A stretch of 64,000 nucleotides of DNA. It comes from Macrostomum lignano. Taxonomy: Eukaryota. Each line of letters starts with the position of its first letter. Within the stretch, counting starts at the first letter, position 1. This document shows positions 46,835 through 60,465 of the stretch, in pieces. The stretch spans positions 2,341 to 66,340 of the forward strand of contig NIVC01003986.1 in assembly GCA_002269645.1 (NCBI GenBank). Direction: 5' to 3'. A program made the position numbers and the translations under genes. The notes under the pieces are model-generated. The model worked only from the letters and a program-made list of their open reading frames with translations. It had not been told where the DNA came from and searched no databases.

Positions 46835-47590
46835 TTCAGAACTCCATGAACAGTCGTTTGAGCATGGATATAAGATACCTTTACAGATTCAGAACTCCAT
46901 GAACAGTCGTTTGAGCATGGATATAAGATACCTTTACATTCAGAACTCCATGAACAGTCATTTGAGCATGGATATAAGATACCTTTACAGATTCAGAACT
47001 CCATGAAGTCATTTGAGCATGGATATAAGATACCTTTACAGATTCAGAACTCCATGAACAGTCATTTGAGCATAGATATAAGATACCTTTACATTCAGAA
47101 CTCCATGAACAGTCGTTTGAGCATAGATAAAAGATATCGCTCCAGATCTTAGATCTAGAAATCCATGAACAGATGAGCATTCATTCCACTAGCAGCTGAT
47201 CGCTCCAATCTTAGATCTAGAAATCCATGAACAGATGAGCATTCATTCCACTAGCAGCTGATCGCTCCAGATCTTAGATCTAGAACTCCATGAACAGATG
47301 AGCATTCATTCCACTAGCAGCTGATCGCTCCAGATCTTAGATCTAGAACTCCATGAACAGATGAGCATTCATTCCACTAGCAGCTGATCGCTCCAGATCT
47401 TAGATCTAGAACTCCATGAACAGATGAGCATTCATTCCACTAGCAGCTGATCGCTCCAGATCTTAGATCTAGAACTCCATGAACAGATGAGCATTCATTC
47501 CACTAGCAGTTGATCGCTCCAGATCTTAGATCTAGAACTCCATGAACAGATGAGCATTCATTCCACTAGCAGTTGATCGCTCCAGATCTA
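46835..47590. repeat. 53-bp satellite followed by a related 63-bp satellite
   Basis: Both units share the core AGAACTCCATGAACAG. Confidence 0.92.
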
Positions 47591-47624
47591 CGGCCCCTGC
47601 TTCGATCCCATGCGCTGGGATATC

Positions 47625-47825
47625 ATCCCAGGCACTCATTTTTGCGCCGCAGGCTCGCATTTTAGCGCCCCAGGCACTGTACATGTATTTAGTCACCCTG
47701 AAGCAAAATTATTGATTTCCATAACGGGTCACAAGGTTGGGCGAAGGGAACAAAGCATTGGCATGCCCCCAACAGCTTTTGAGGGGACATGTCCCCCCTG
47801 TTCCCCCCCCCCTTGGGTTGCGTGT
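47625..47825 (+). mobile_element. Partial relative of the 17213-17616 hAT MITE
   Basis: Shared blocks GGCACTCATTT..GCGCCGCAGGC, CCCTGAAG-AAAATTATTGATT, CAAAGCATTGGCATG and ACATGTCCCCCTGT. Confidence 0.7.
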
Positions 47826-49249
47826 TGTGTGCTCAGGAGCCAGAAGATTGGGCAGAAACGCCTCAGTTCTGGCTCCGAGACGATGCCGCAACAATGCCCG
47901 CAGCGCTCCTGAAAATATAACTTTGATCTTGGAGCAGCCGTTCAGATTGCATAGGCCAGCTCCTCAGGTGTGAAGCAGGAAGACGGAATGCGAAGCTGTG
48001 TCGAATTTCAGCTACAAGCAAAAAGAGCCAATTTCGGTCTAGAAACTTGATTGGGTTACATTTATGCTAATCATATTTATTGAATCGGCCACAACAATCA
48101 GGGCAACAGAAAAGCATCAAACAAGCCGCCAGTACAACCGAGCCCCGAGCTGGGGAGCCGGGCAGAAAAAGCTGCAGAAGCGAATCAAACGAATCAAGTC
48201 CTGCCCACGATTAACCGCAAAGCCACACCCGAGATTAGCCGGCAGCCAAAAATACAGTGGCTATGAGAACAAAAATTGAAGCGCAGGAATAGACAAACAG
48301 AATACAAGAGAGAGTAAATATTTGCTGAATAACATCAACAATTAAATAAGATGCTTAGGCGATAAAAATGGCAAAATTGCAGACACTGGGCATTGCACTA
48401 CTCGCTACAAACAATTGCAAGCAAATTGCTTTATAATGTCTATTTTAATTAGAAAATAATAAGCTAGATGCGCTACTATATTTGCCAGCTAAGTAGTAGC
48501 GAGCGAACCTATATTCAACAGCAAAGTCTAAAATTGGATTGCATTGGTAAAATTCTAAAAAAATCGAATACAAAAAGCACTGATGAGCTGCAGACTGAGC
48601 CCAAGCCTCGGTAACTGCGGCCCGGGGGTGAGACTCAGAGAGCGAAACAGCAGACCCGCAGAGACAGCAGCTGCCAGCGGCGATTCGCGGCAGAGAGCCC
48701 TGGCAGACCTGCTGGCTGGCACTGAGGACAGTTTTGCAATGGGCAGGTGAGGGACGGCTTGCATCCAGTCTGGGGATCTGGGAAACTCACCAAGCAACTG
48801 ATGATCTGGCAGACACCCATCAACTGGGGTCTGGGAGGCTGGCCCAGCAACTGGGGATCTGGGAGGCTGGCCCAGCAACTGGGGATCTGGGAGGCTTACG
48901 GTCTCAGTGAGCAGCACAGAGCAAGACAGAGTTCAGCTATGCTCAGCAGACTGCCGGGCGGGCATCTCAGGCCGCAAAGGCGACCCAAACGCAAGTTCAG
49001 CAACAGCAAGCAACAAAAATAAATTGCATACAATGGAAAACGCGGAAGCAGTGGAGCGCGGGTTCTCGAACACAGAACAGCTAAAAGGGTTGTCTGAGGC
49101 AATGCGCGCAGAGCAGTATTATGCTAAGGTTGCAGTTAACCCATGTGGCAAGGCGGGTCGGGCCTGGAGTCTGTGAAGAATTTCGCTACGCAAAAACATT
49201 TTTGGATCGCCCTCGTGCCGGGCCTGCGCACTGAGAGATGGAGGGCGTG

Positions 49250-49760
49250 AGGAACGGAGAGAGATCGTGAGAAATGGAGAGAGATCATGAGAAATGGAGA
49301 GATCATGGGAAATGGAGAGATCATGAGAAACGGAGAGATCATGAGATATGGAGAGATCATGGGAAATGGAGAGATCATGAGAAACGGAAAGATCATGAGA
49401 TATGGAGAGATCATGAGAAACGGAGAGATCATGAGAAACGGAGAGATCATGAGAAACGGAGAGATCATGAGAAACGGAGAGATCATGAGATATGGAGAGA
49501 TCATGAGAAACGGAGAGATCATGAGAAACGGAGAGATCATGAGAAACGGAGAGATCATGAGAAACGGAGAGATCATGAGATATGGAGAGATCATGAGATA
49601 TGGAGAGAGATCGTGAGAACGGAGAGAGATCATGAGAAATAGAGTGAGATCATGAGAAACGGAGAGAGATCATGAGAAATGGAGTGAGATCATGAGAAAC
49701 GGAGAGAGATCATGAGAAATGGAGTGAGATCATGAGAAACGGAGAGAGATCATGAGAAAT
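49250..49760. repeat. 18-bp minisatellite
   Basis: Unit GAGATCATGAGAAACGGA. Confidence 0.95.
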
Positions 49761-50135
49761 GGACAGACAGAGCATGGGGCAGAGGTAGTAGGCAGTGTGC
49801 AGTAGTAAACGTGCTGAAACAAACGCAGCAGCACCCCACTGCGCAGCAAAAGCAGCGGCGCGGCAAGACGACAGAGCCCGGGGGGACAGGAGTAAAATAT
49901 AGGCTCGTATTTATAATAATCCACTAAAGCCTTGCAGGCTAATCAATCATCAAGAAGTTGGTGCGCCAGTGAATAATAATAAGTGTGCCGGCTTATAAAG
50001 ACAGCGAGCCGCACTTGTAGACTCGTACAGCAGCAGGCAGGCAGACAAGCAGGAATCGAATGCGGCGACAAACAGTCTGAGGATTCGCGAGATCGTTAAA
50101 AAATAGTCTGTAAGCCGAGTCCCAATCAGCCCGTC

Positions 50136-53100
50136 TCAGACCCGGTGAGCGTTGAAGGCCTCCCGCTTCTTGGGGTCCGTCGTGTAGCCGCCGATGAAGG
50201 AGCCGTCCTCGGCGAAGCGACCTGCAGAAGTGGGCGGGGAGGGGCGGAGCTGGCAGTGGGGAACCGGGGATCTGCGGAGCTGGCAGTGGGGAACCGGGGA
50301 TCTGCGGAGCTGGCAGTGGGGAACCGGGGATCTGCGGAGCTGGCAGTGGGGAACCGGGGATCTGCGGAGCTGGCAGTGGGGAACCGGGGATCTGCGGAGC
50401 TGGCAGTGGGGAACCGCGGATCTGCGGAGCTGGCAATGGGGAACCGGGGATCTGCGGAGCTGGCAGTGGGGAACCGGGGATCTGCGGAGCTGGCAGTGGG
50501 GAACCGCGGATCTGCGGAGCTGGCAATGGGGAACCGGGGATCGGTCTCTGCGGAGCTGGCAATGGGGAACCGGGGACCTGCGGAGCTGGCAATGGGGAAC
50601 CGGGGATCGGTCTCTGCGGAGCTGGCAATGGGGAACCGGGGATCGGTCTCTGCGGAGCTGGCAATGGGGAACCGGGGATCGGTCTCTGCGGAGCTGGCAA
50701 TGGGGAACCGGGGACCTGCGGAGCTGGCAATGGGGAACCGGGGACCTGCGGAGCTGGCAATGGGGAACCGGGGACCGGTCTCTTGCGGAGCTGCACTCAG
50801 CCAGATTGGCAGGCCTTGCCCAGCACTCCCCGGGGACTGCGAGCCTCCCTTCTACGAGTATACAAGTAGCCGGCCTTTGCCTGCTTAGAAGATTTCCAAA
50901 ACAGAACCGAGCACATTGCATGGATTACTTAGACTGCTCAACTTCAAAAACGGCTCTTCAATCAAAGTAACAACCGAGATTATCCAAATCGCAGAGCTCA
51001 CACAGAGCTGCGTTAGAAATATTTCAAGTGCGGGATCAGAATTCCTCAATTCTCGTTTCGGGATCTGAACTTGAGCGGTGCGGAATCTGAACTACTCATT
51101 AGTGTGGAATGCGACACGCAGATTTGGGCAAAGGTTTGACACTCCTAACTCCATGGAGATCACTCCATAACGTGAAACGAGTAAAACGAGTAATGAGCAC
51201 GCTTGTATCTTGATAGAAAAGCCACGTAAACAGTACAATGTCAGGGGCACTAGCCAGACAAAGAGCCTCTGGCTCAAGAAGAGAGCTAAGATGCTAAATA
51301 GAGCAGCCAGTCATGGATTAATAAATTATGCTAGCTAGCAGGCAGCACGAACGGGCTGGGAGGCAACCAGTTCACACACGGAGACCGCAGAGCCAGCCAA
51401 CTATTAACAGCCAGTCGAATTATTACAATAATAGTCAGACAGGCCATGCAAGCGCGCAATTTAGAGCGATTCTTCAGCCATATTTAGCGATAAAGTCGGA
51501 AATGTTGCAGAGCGGCATCAGAGTTTCTCAGCAGTGCACTTGGCGCAGCAAAGCAAACCCGAATTCTTTCCGTTTTCCTCTGCAATGTTGCAGCAGCGCA
51601 AGATGTGTCGCGGGAAATTAATGCAGGTGCATGATTTTTAGGCAGACGAAGTTGCTGAGCCTTTTTTAGAAATCAAACCTTTGCCCGTATCTGCATATCG
51701 CATTGCATTTCGAACGCTTTATATAATACAAGGCCGAAATTCCACATATTTGTGAGCAGGATTCTTTCACAAGACCGAAATACTTGTGAGCAGGATTCTT
51801 TCACAAGACCGAAATACTTGTGAGCAGGATTCTTTCACAAGACCGAAATACTTGTGAGCAGGATTCTTTCACAAGACCGAAATACTTGTGAGCAGGATTC
51901 TTTCACAAGACCGAAATACTTGTGAGCAGGATTCTTTCACAAGACCGAAATACTTGTGAGCAGGATTCTTTTGCAAGACCGAGATTTCACATAGTTGTGA
52001 GCAGGATTCTTTCACCAGACCGAAATTTTACATATCTGTGAACAAGAATATTTTCCAACACTGTACAAGATTCAAGCAATGTGCAATCATCAGACTTGGG
52101 AAACTACAAAACTTTATTTGGAAGCACACTATTCGGAAATAATTTAGGCATATGATGAGACTCGGGACATCTAAAACTGCAGCCCCATCCGGGTGGGCAA
52201 TAAAGAACTTCGGCGGGCCAGTTTCTCCTTCCAATGCTGCATCTGCAGCTCCACCCGCAGCCAAATAAAATGCGCTGCCATCTCCGCCCCCAGAGCCAAG
52301 CGAAACACGTCAGCCTGGAAGAGTCGCAGAGCCCGCCACCCCAGTGGGAACATATTTTTAATTTATGACCGACAGACGCGCAGCGGCTGACTGACCGGGA
52401 TGAAGGACAAAAGCAGCCACTGCAGTTTAGCAGCCGCGAAGCCCGGGGACACCCGAGCCACTCACTCCCTCTTGCAGGCCGAGGCCCGCCGGCCGCATGC
52501 GTCACCACCGAGCGGCCGCCACCCCCGGCCCGCAGCCAGCGCTAACAGGATCAGTCAGGCGAGCGCAGACAGGCGTGACGGATGGATAAATCATATTTAC
52601 TACTCGCGAGCGCAGCGCCATGACTGGGTGCGGCCCAACTATAGCTCGTATATGCATGCAATACAGCAGATTCTTTTCTTTGAATTTCGCATTGAAAGAC
52701 GGCGACCTTAACAAAACAGTTTGACCTTGGAGCAGTGGTGCCGCTATGAGTGAGGCCCTATTGTATTCACTGGCCCGTTGAACTAGCAAGGGAACCTCTA
52801 GCCATAGGAGCTGGCTTTCATATTTCATATCTTTCAGTGCAAAACAATTATTGATTTCCTGCAACAATTCAACAGGCCAATAGCTCAGCAATAGACAAGG
52901 CCCGGCCCCCAATCACTCACCGACATCAGTGCCGACAACCCAATCACTCACCGACATCAGTGCCGGCAACCCAATCACTCACCGACATCAGTGCCGGCAA
53001 CCCAATCACTCACCGACATCAGTGCCGGCAACCCAATCACTCACCGACATCAGCGCCGGCAACCCAATCACTTACCGACATCAGCGCCGGCAACCCAATC

Positions 53101-53873
53101 ACTCACCGACATCAGCGCCGGCAACCCAATCACTCACCGACATCAGCGCCGGCAACCCAATCACTCACCGACATCAGCGCCGGCAACCCAATCACTTACC
53201 GACATCAGCGCCGGCAACCCAATCACTCACCGACATCAGCGCCGGCAACCCAATCACTCACCGACATCAGCGCCGGCAACCCAATCACTCACCGACATCA
53301 GCGCCGGCAACCGAATCACTCACCGACATCAGCGCCGGCAACCCAATCAGTCACCGACATCAATGTCGTCATCGTTGCCGTACTCGTCCAGCTCCTGGTC
53401 GTCTTTGCTGGCAGCCGAGATGCTGGAGCTCAGGGACAGCCGAGAGGCTTTCAGGCCGCCTTCCTCGGGCCGCTGGTACTCCTTGAACTGCTCCTCCTTG
53501 GCCTCCAAGTCCGGGTGGTTGCCTTGCTGTCGCTCCTTCTCGTCCAGCATGTACGTCTGGCCGGAGTCGCGGCGCAGCAGGAAGACCAGAAGGGCGGCGA
53601 TCAGCAGCAGCAGCAGGAAGGCGATCAGGATGGCCACCAGGATGCCCGGCCCGGCCGAGGCCACCTCCAGCACCGGCTTGCCCTGCGGGACCGAGCGGGT
53701 GGTGTCGGCTTGGGGAGGCAGTTTCAGACACACACAGAGACAGACAGACAGAGAGACAGACAGACAGACAAAGATACAGACAGACAGACACAGACAGACA
53801 GAGAGCCAAACAGACAGACAGACAGACAAAGATACAGACAGACAGACAGACAGACAGAGAGCCAAACAGACAA

Positions 53874-53912
<39 letters not shown>

Positions 53913-56857
53913 GAACCAAACAGACGGAGACAGACAGAGAGACAGACAGACGGACAGACAGACAAGCCTCACCTGAAAGTCTATACCCATTACGATGGGC
54001 CGGAGGCTGGAAGCCACATCAAAGTCCGTAGAGTAGAAGCACATGCGGTCGGCGCGGCAGTCTTTGTCGCCGGCGGCCACATCGCGCGAGCCGTGTCGGT
54101 CTTTATGCAGCTGAAGGTTAACCAGGCTGACCCGGCTGGGGTAGCGGAAGTTGAACACCGGCGTGAGGGTCTTGCGCTTCTGAAGCTCGACCAGCACCTT
54201 GTCGTCGGTGATGGGGTGCACCTACAGGCAGCGGGATGGGAGTTCGAACTCGACTGAGGGCAGAGTTTTGGCGACATCAACCTACAGGCCGAGGTGAGGC
54301 TAGCAGGCGGAGTGCACAGCAGCCAGCGTTCTTTGGGCTCTCGAACATGGTGGGTGTCAGCACTGGGGAGCCACTGCAGGAACCAATCCAGGGCCCACAC
54401 CAGGAATCACTTCATGGGTCTTTGCGTGGAACACAATACATGTAGAAACTACTCTAGTGACCACAACAGGGTCACTCCAGTAGTCATAACAAGGGTTACT
54501 CCAGTGGCCACAAGGGTCACTCCAGTGTCCACAAGGGTCACTCCAGTACGTGGTCACAGCACAGCAGGGTCACTCCAGTAGTTACAACAAGGGTTACTCC
54601 AGTGGCCACAAGGGTCGCTCCAGTGGCCAAAACAGGGTCACTCCAGTGGCCACAGCAGGGATCACTCCAGTCACCACAGCAGGGATCACTCCAGTCACCA
54701 CAGCAGGGATCACTCCAGTCACCACAGCAGGGATCTAGGGCCCACTCCAGAAGAGGACGGTGCGATACCGGTCTAGCTGGTTGAAACCGGCTACCTTGAA
54801 CCTGACAAGACCAGTTGGAACCAGCAGCTCACCTTGAACGTCAGCCTGTTAGTATCGCGTTCGAAGGTAATTTCGGACACGCCCTTCTGGTTGATGATGT
54901 TCAGGTCCTTCAGATAGACATCGTCAATCTTAAACATGGCCATCACCTCCACGCCGATGGCTTTGAGCTTAGCGGTGACCTCGGGCTTGAGAGCCACGGA
55001 GAACTCGGCCCCGGACGCGGTGGAGCAGCGCTGCTCCGAGCAGTTCCTGGCCCTGCTCAGGTCAAAGCTGGCAGGAGTTGGCCGATGTAGGAAGAACACG
55101 CTGCTGCCGGACTCCACGACGTATTTCGGCATGCCGATCTTCTCAGCGTCCGCTTTGCCGACGGTGGCCCGGCAGATAACGCGGTGGGTGAAGTCCCTGC
55201 CGGTCGAGGAGTCACCGGGCGGCACCCTGCTCACCGTGATGTTGATGGTCCGCCTGTCCGTCAGGGAGGTCAGCGTGTCCACCGACACCGTCCGCGAGCC
55301 AAACAGCGAGTTGAACTCGCTCATCCGCAGCTCCTTCCAGTCCGCGCTTTCGCGAACGGCCGGCGAATAGAACACGGGCTCGGCGGTCACTTGAGCGACG
55401 TTGTTGAAATAAGTGGAGCAGTTGTAGGACATGGACTCGCCCTCCATGGCGTAGATGACGGCTGGCAGGCTGCCGGACACTTCGCTGGGGCCATCGGACG
55501 GCTTGTAGCTGAATTGCGGCATGCTGACTACGTCCGCGTTAAATGTGAACTTCTTGTTGCCCGCCTCGCACATGTACTGGCCGGCGTGACGGTTCTGCGC
55601 CGTCGGCGGGAACTCGATGATGTTGCCTGTCTTGGAAACCCGGATGCCGTCAACCTCGGTCCAGTCCTTGGTGCTCATGGGGGTCAGAGCCTTCCTCCTG
55701 TGGTCCTTGCTGGTGTGCGTGAACTTGTAGACAGTGAGCGGGTCCGAGCAGATGATGGGGCACACCAGCGGCGTGTGGTCCATGCCGGAGAATATGGAGA
55801 TCGGCTCCTCATTCACGTTGTCGGGCAGAGAGCAGTCAGGCGCGTTGACTCCCTGCTTGGTGTACATCACCTTGTCTCTGGGGATCTTCTGCTCAACGGA
55901 GAAGGTCCGGTCGTATGGTTGGCCCTGGCCGGAAAAAGACAGCGTGGCGCAGATGCCGACCTGCGTCGGCGAGCGCCCCTCGAAGGAATTGAAAATGCTG
56001 GCGCTGAGGCCGTAGGCGGCGTAGTGCAGCCTGCCGGTGGCCAGGTTCAGGTGGATGTGCTTGAGCAGGTTCTGCGCCTTGTCGTCAAGCTTTGAATGAT
56101 AATTCACGAACAGGGCCGCCCGGGACACCTGGTAGTTCTCGCAGGACCCGGCATCGAAGTTGAGCACGGCTCCCATGTTGATCTTGGCCCTGAGAAACGG
56201 CGGGGCATTTCTTAGCGCGTTGACCACGGAGGGGTCGAGAAATTCCTTAAAGCCGAAGTTGGACTCCATCTTCAGGTTCTTGAGAAACGACACGGCATCC
56301 GGCGTCAGAAAGCGAGTAGAGATGGACGAGCCGCTGGACGTCTTGCTTCTGTATTTGCCCAGGGGTTCCAGACTCCACACGAACAGGCTGTTGGACACCA
56401 GCTTCACCTCCGGCTGTCCGGCCACAAGCACTTCCACCAACAGCTCCAGCTTGCTGTTGAACACGTCGTAGGAGCCCAGCGGCGTATCCAGCAGCTTGAA
56501 CTCGTAGGAGCCCTCCTTGGCATCGATGATGCGCACCGAGAACGGGATCTGCGTGCTCTCGCACCGCTCCTGGTGGCGGGTCACCGATGACAGGTCGATG
56601 GTGTTGAAGGTGGCGCTATTGGCGCACTTGTACTTGAGAACGGCCGAGTGGCCGATGTCCGCCCTGCCCTCCAGGGCGATCTTGATCTTCAGGCTCTTGT
56701 CGGGCATTAGGAAGGCCATCATGTTCGGGCTGCCGACCTCCCAGACTTCGTCCCAAGAAAGGAGAATCTTGCCAGTCTGGGAGAAGTTAAAGCGCACCTT
56801 GTCCTCTGCAGCCGCGGCTGCCAGGCACAGCACCAGGACACAGCCCAGAGACAGCAT
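50136..56857 (-). CDS. Type I Ig-domain membrane protein with an L1CAM/neuroglian-like cytoplasmic tail, 4 coding exons (56857-54833, 54221-53973, 53682-53355, 50221-50136), ~895 aa
   Basis: Signal peptide [17 protein letters not shown]; Ig-like [10 protein letters not shown] and EGESMSYNC...VICRA; [26 protein letters not shown]; tail RRDSGQTY...FKEYQRP...LDEYG...[13 protein letters not shown]. Splice phases are consistent. Confidence 0.85.
50245..50785. repeat. 30-bp (38-bp variants) intronic minisatellite
   Basis: Unit GGCAGTGGGGAACCGGGGATCTGCGGAGCT. Confidence 0.95.
51750..52030. repeat. 34-bp intronic minisatellite
   Basis: Unit TTGTGAGCAGGATTCTTTCACAAGACCGAAATAC. Confidence 0.93.
52910..53360. 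repeat. 31-bp minisatellite made of the exon-3 donor junction
   Basis: Sense unit GATGTCG|GTGAGTGATTGGGTTGCCGGCGCT. Confidence 0.93.
53725..53965. repeat. (GACA)n-type intronic microsatellite
   Basis: Directly visible. Confidence 0.93.
54455..54735. repeat. ~21-23-bp degenerate intronic minisatellite
   Basis: Core CAGGG(T/A)TCACTCCAGT. Confidence 0.85.
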
Positions 56858-59793
56858 CCTGCTGAGGAAATAGTTTCAATGAGGCCTATTTTAGACACAA
56901 ATGAATGCAAAAAGCAAGGCAAAAATAAAACTTGTGTTTATTTTATATTGGGGCCTAGGTCTAGGGTAAGATTTTATTAAATGTTTTTTGAATTTAAAAT
57001 ATTTAATAAATCTTAATGGCTTAAGTATAAAGACCCCTTACTTTTCAAAGTTTTTCAAGTAATAAAAAGGTTTAAATTTTTTTGTATTTGGAATCTGTAA
57101 CATTTTTCATAATGCATTTTGCCTAATTAAGTATGATGATCATTTTGGCTAGAAATTCCTTTTACATTATAAATATGTTCTTTTTGTACTTAACAAATCT
57201 CTATGCACATGTATTTTATGCTTTATTCTATATTATCTATACATAATGAATAAATATTTTATAACCAAAATAGCGGCCTAAACATTTGCAACAACATCTT
57301 TAGAGAGTTAGCCTAGGCTAAAAATGTATAAAGTAGGGAATTTAGAGAGATTTTAAAAGTTAACATTGTAGACATATGCTGGAATGAAAATACTAGTTTT
57401 TTCAAGTCTATATTCATTAATAAAATTGATATAAATTAAATTTTGTTATATCAAGCAATCAAGCATAAAGTTGTTTACAATACATGGCATATTCAAACTT
57501 TTTAGAGAATATATATTTTTAGAAATAAGAGTTTTACTAAAATTTTTGTGTCTTTTTTGATAGAATTTTTTTTTGTTTTACCTTTGTTTCTTTGAAAATT
57601 CTATATGCTAAGTATATGCCAAGTTTTTCAACAAGGGCAAAAATATGTCAGAATTTTCTAGTAAAAAGGCCACCCTCTAGATTATGGTCATGACCCTTTA
57701 ATCCCAGTATCTACTAGGACTAAAAAATCCCCAATAGGAGCAAATGTATAGATTGAATTTAGTATTGGATTAGAGAATATATAAAAACAGTAGTATAGTG
57801 CAAGAAGACCACTTAGGCCCAGAATACATAATACACTATTGACTATATAATCTAATATACTATAAATGGTCTGTTGGTATCTAGGTAGGTAGGTAGGTAT
57901 ATGATCAATTTTAGCAAATATGGTTCAACTGATTTTCTTTGAACTTGTACTGTTCAATCAAAAATATGCTACTAATTTTGCATGACTTGCTACTAATACA
58001 TAGTATAGTATATTGAGATATATTAGCTGGTTTTTTGTGCGAATGGGTGCGAATAGCATCCTGGTCTTAAAAATTGCACCCTGAAATTTGACTCAGGGTA
58101 CAAAAAGCGCACCCAAATTTTTGCAAGGATGTGATGTGGGTTTCACAATTTAGTGTTTTACTGTTATGGGCATCTTAAGTCCATAACTTCATATTCTTAG
58201 AATTAGCCAGTAATTTTTTTAATCTTTAAGTTTAATTAATGTAAAGCAATTGTCAACTATCAATTAGATTTTGGTATTGGTAAGCACCTGGGGTTTTTTT
58301 GTGCAAATGGGTACGAATAGCATCCTGGTCTTAAAAATTGCACCCTGAAATCTAGCACAGGGTACAAAATCGCACCCAAGTTATGGACGAAAAAAACCCC
58401 AGTTTATTAGTAAGATTATCTTAAGCAAGCTAAAAGAGCTAGCAACAACATTGGTGACATTAATAAGATTGTAAAGGGAGAATAAAAAGCAGTAAGCATT
58501 ATAACAACTTTATAACCTCATAGTGAGATATTAAGAGATTAAAAATATAGAGGTGACCCTTGGAACAACTTTGGTGCTAGCATTAAGCTAGAATCTAGAT
58601 GTTATAATTATATATATATATACATTAGTCATTAGAAAATTCTAATATACAGAAAGACCTAAAGTATATCATTGGCATTGATATATAAATTGGCCTTCTT
58701 GGTATAACAGGTAAGACCAAGTTATGAGTCCCAACCAATGTATATAGTTAGCATATAAAAAATGACCCAGTTTAAGTTTAATAATAGGCCTAGTCTATAT
58801 GTATCTAGTTAGAATAGTTATTATAAGCTTAAAATATAGATTGTCTTATTTGCTTTTGTTTTTATACATATATACAAATATTTTATTTATAGGACCTATC
58901 TAACCCTAATTAAAAGGCAAACTAGAAACTTTGAACCAGGCCTAAATAAACAATAAAGTAGACAAATGAATACCTAAAATGTTAAAAAGTTATGTTAAAA
59001 TATTACAAATGAAATAATTATTATTAAAACTAAGTTTTTGGGCAAAATTAGAAAGGATTACAATGCCAAATAGACATTACAAAAACATGGAAAATTTAAG
59101 ATATAAAAAGTTTGGAGGCTGAGTCAAGGCCTAACTTTTTTACTTGACCAATTTTCAAAAGCAAGGTGTCTTTTATTTTAGGCTTAGGCAAATGAGAGTT
59201 TTCAAATGGAATATAAAAAAATACTAAATTAACTTTTGAAATCTCACTTGAGTCCCTACCAACAAAAATGTGTTATTCAATCTTATGTTATGTCACAAGC
59301 TTAGGCCTAGGCGCCTAGACCATCGGATCGGATCATTGAATTTAACAAATGGTTTATTTGGCCGTTATTTTGACCCTATTCCATGTCCTATGCCAAAACT
59401 TTTAAAATCTTGTGTGCCATAGCATAGCCGAGCAACATAAGTATTGTTGATAACCTATACCTATTGATAACATGACACAAGGCCGCATGACCATATTAAG
59501 TAGGTCGAGTCGAGTCGAGCCCTTGTTAAGATAGCGCAAATGATATTATAACAAACGGAACGATAAACACCAATTCAAAGTGGTCGAATTAATATATTAA
59601 ACACTTTTAGTAGGAGATAAGAAAGCGATATTTATTTTATTTACAATGTAAAGGCACAATGCATTTACTAAAGCATTTCAACTTAAAATTGAGTGTTAAA
59701 ATCTAGTCCACTTAAAGAACTAAGTTGCACTCGGAGTGGACACTAAAAGTTCAAATTGTTCCGATCATTAAATGGGTGCCAATCCTATTTTAG

Positions 59794-59924
59794 CAGTGGC
59801 GCAACCAGAAATTTTTTGGCGGGGTGGCCCTGTTGGCAGTAAGGTCAAAATGCGCTTGGTTAATCCCCTTTGTTTTTTTGGTGCTCCGCTCCGTGGGTGG
59901 CGACCGCCCCCTGTTGCGCCAGTG
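59794..59924. mobile_element. hAT-type MITE (131 bp)
   Basis: TIR CAGTGGCGCAAC...GTTGCGCCAGTG; 8-bp TSD TATTTTAG at 59786-59793 and 59925-59932. Confidence 0.85.
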
Positions 59925-60032
59925 TATTTTAGGTCTGTAAATATTTAGATGTAAAATACAATATTTATCAAGCCAAAACGTCGTTTATTGCCTCTACAAA
60001 AGAAATAGCAAGTACTTTTATGACTCATAGTT

Positions 60033-60465
60033 TACTATACCTTTCTGCAATCAATCTCGTCGTTTTTGCGTTCAATTTCGGCGCGAGCGCTAGTGTGCAG
60101 TCCAAACAACTGAGCCATAGACACTGGGCAACTTTTGCGTTCAAATTCGGCCTTTTTGCGTCCTATTTCGGCAGCGCAATCACATGGGCCGCACTGTGGG
60201 CACAGTTCGAATGTTTTTGCCAGACACTTTCTCACTCGATCGCATTCAGTGAGGGTGGGACGAAAAATTTGTCTCCTAAAGCAGGCCTATAGTCGTCTCC
60301 GCAAGTATGTTTGATGCCGTAAGCTGCCGAAATAGGACGCAAAAAGGCCGAATTTGAACGCAAAAGTTGCCCAGTGTCTATGGCTCAGTTGTTTAGACTG
60401 CACACTAGCGCTCGTGCCTAAATTGAACGCAAAAACGACGAAATTGATTGCAAAAAGGTATAGTA
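60033..60465. mobile_element. Foldback/MITE with ~145-bp TIRs and CCATAGAC in each arm
   Basis: TACTATACCTTT..GC...GCAAAAAGGTATAGTA; CCATAGAC at 60115 and GTCTATGG at 60376; ~145-bp spacer. Confidence 0.85.

Noticed and set aside
44000-49100. Candidate upstream/TM exons of PTPRN (45400-45960, 48555-48917)
   Set aside because: There is no convincing TM segment or phase-consistent splice chain.
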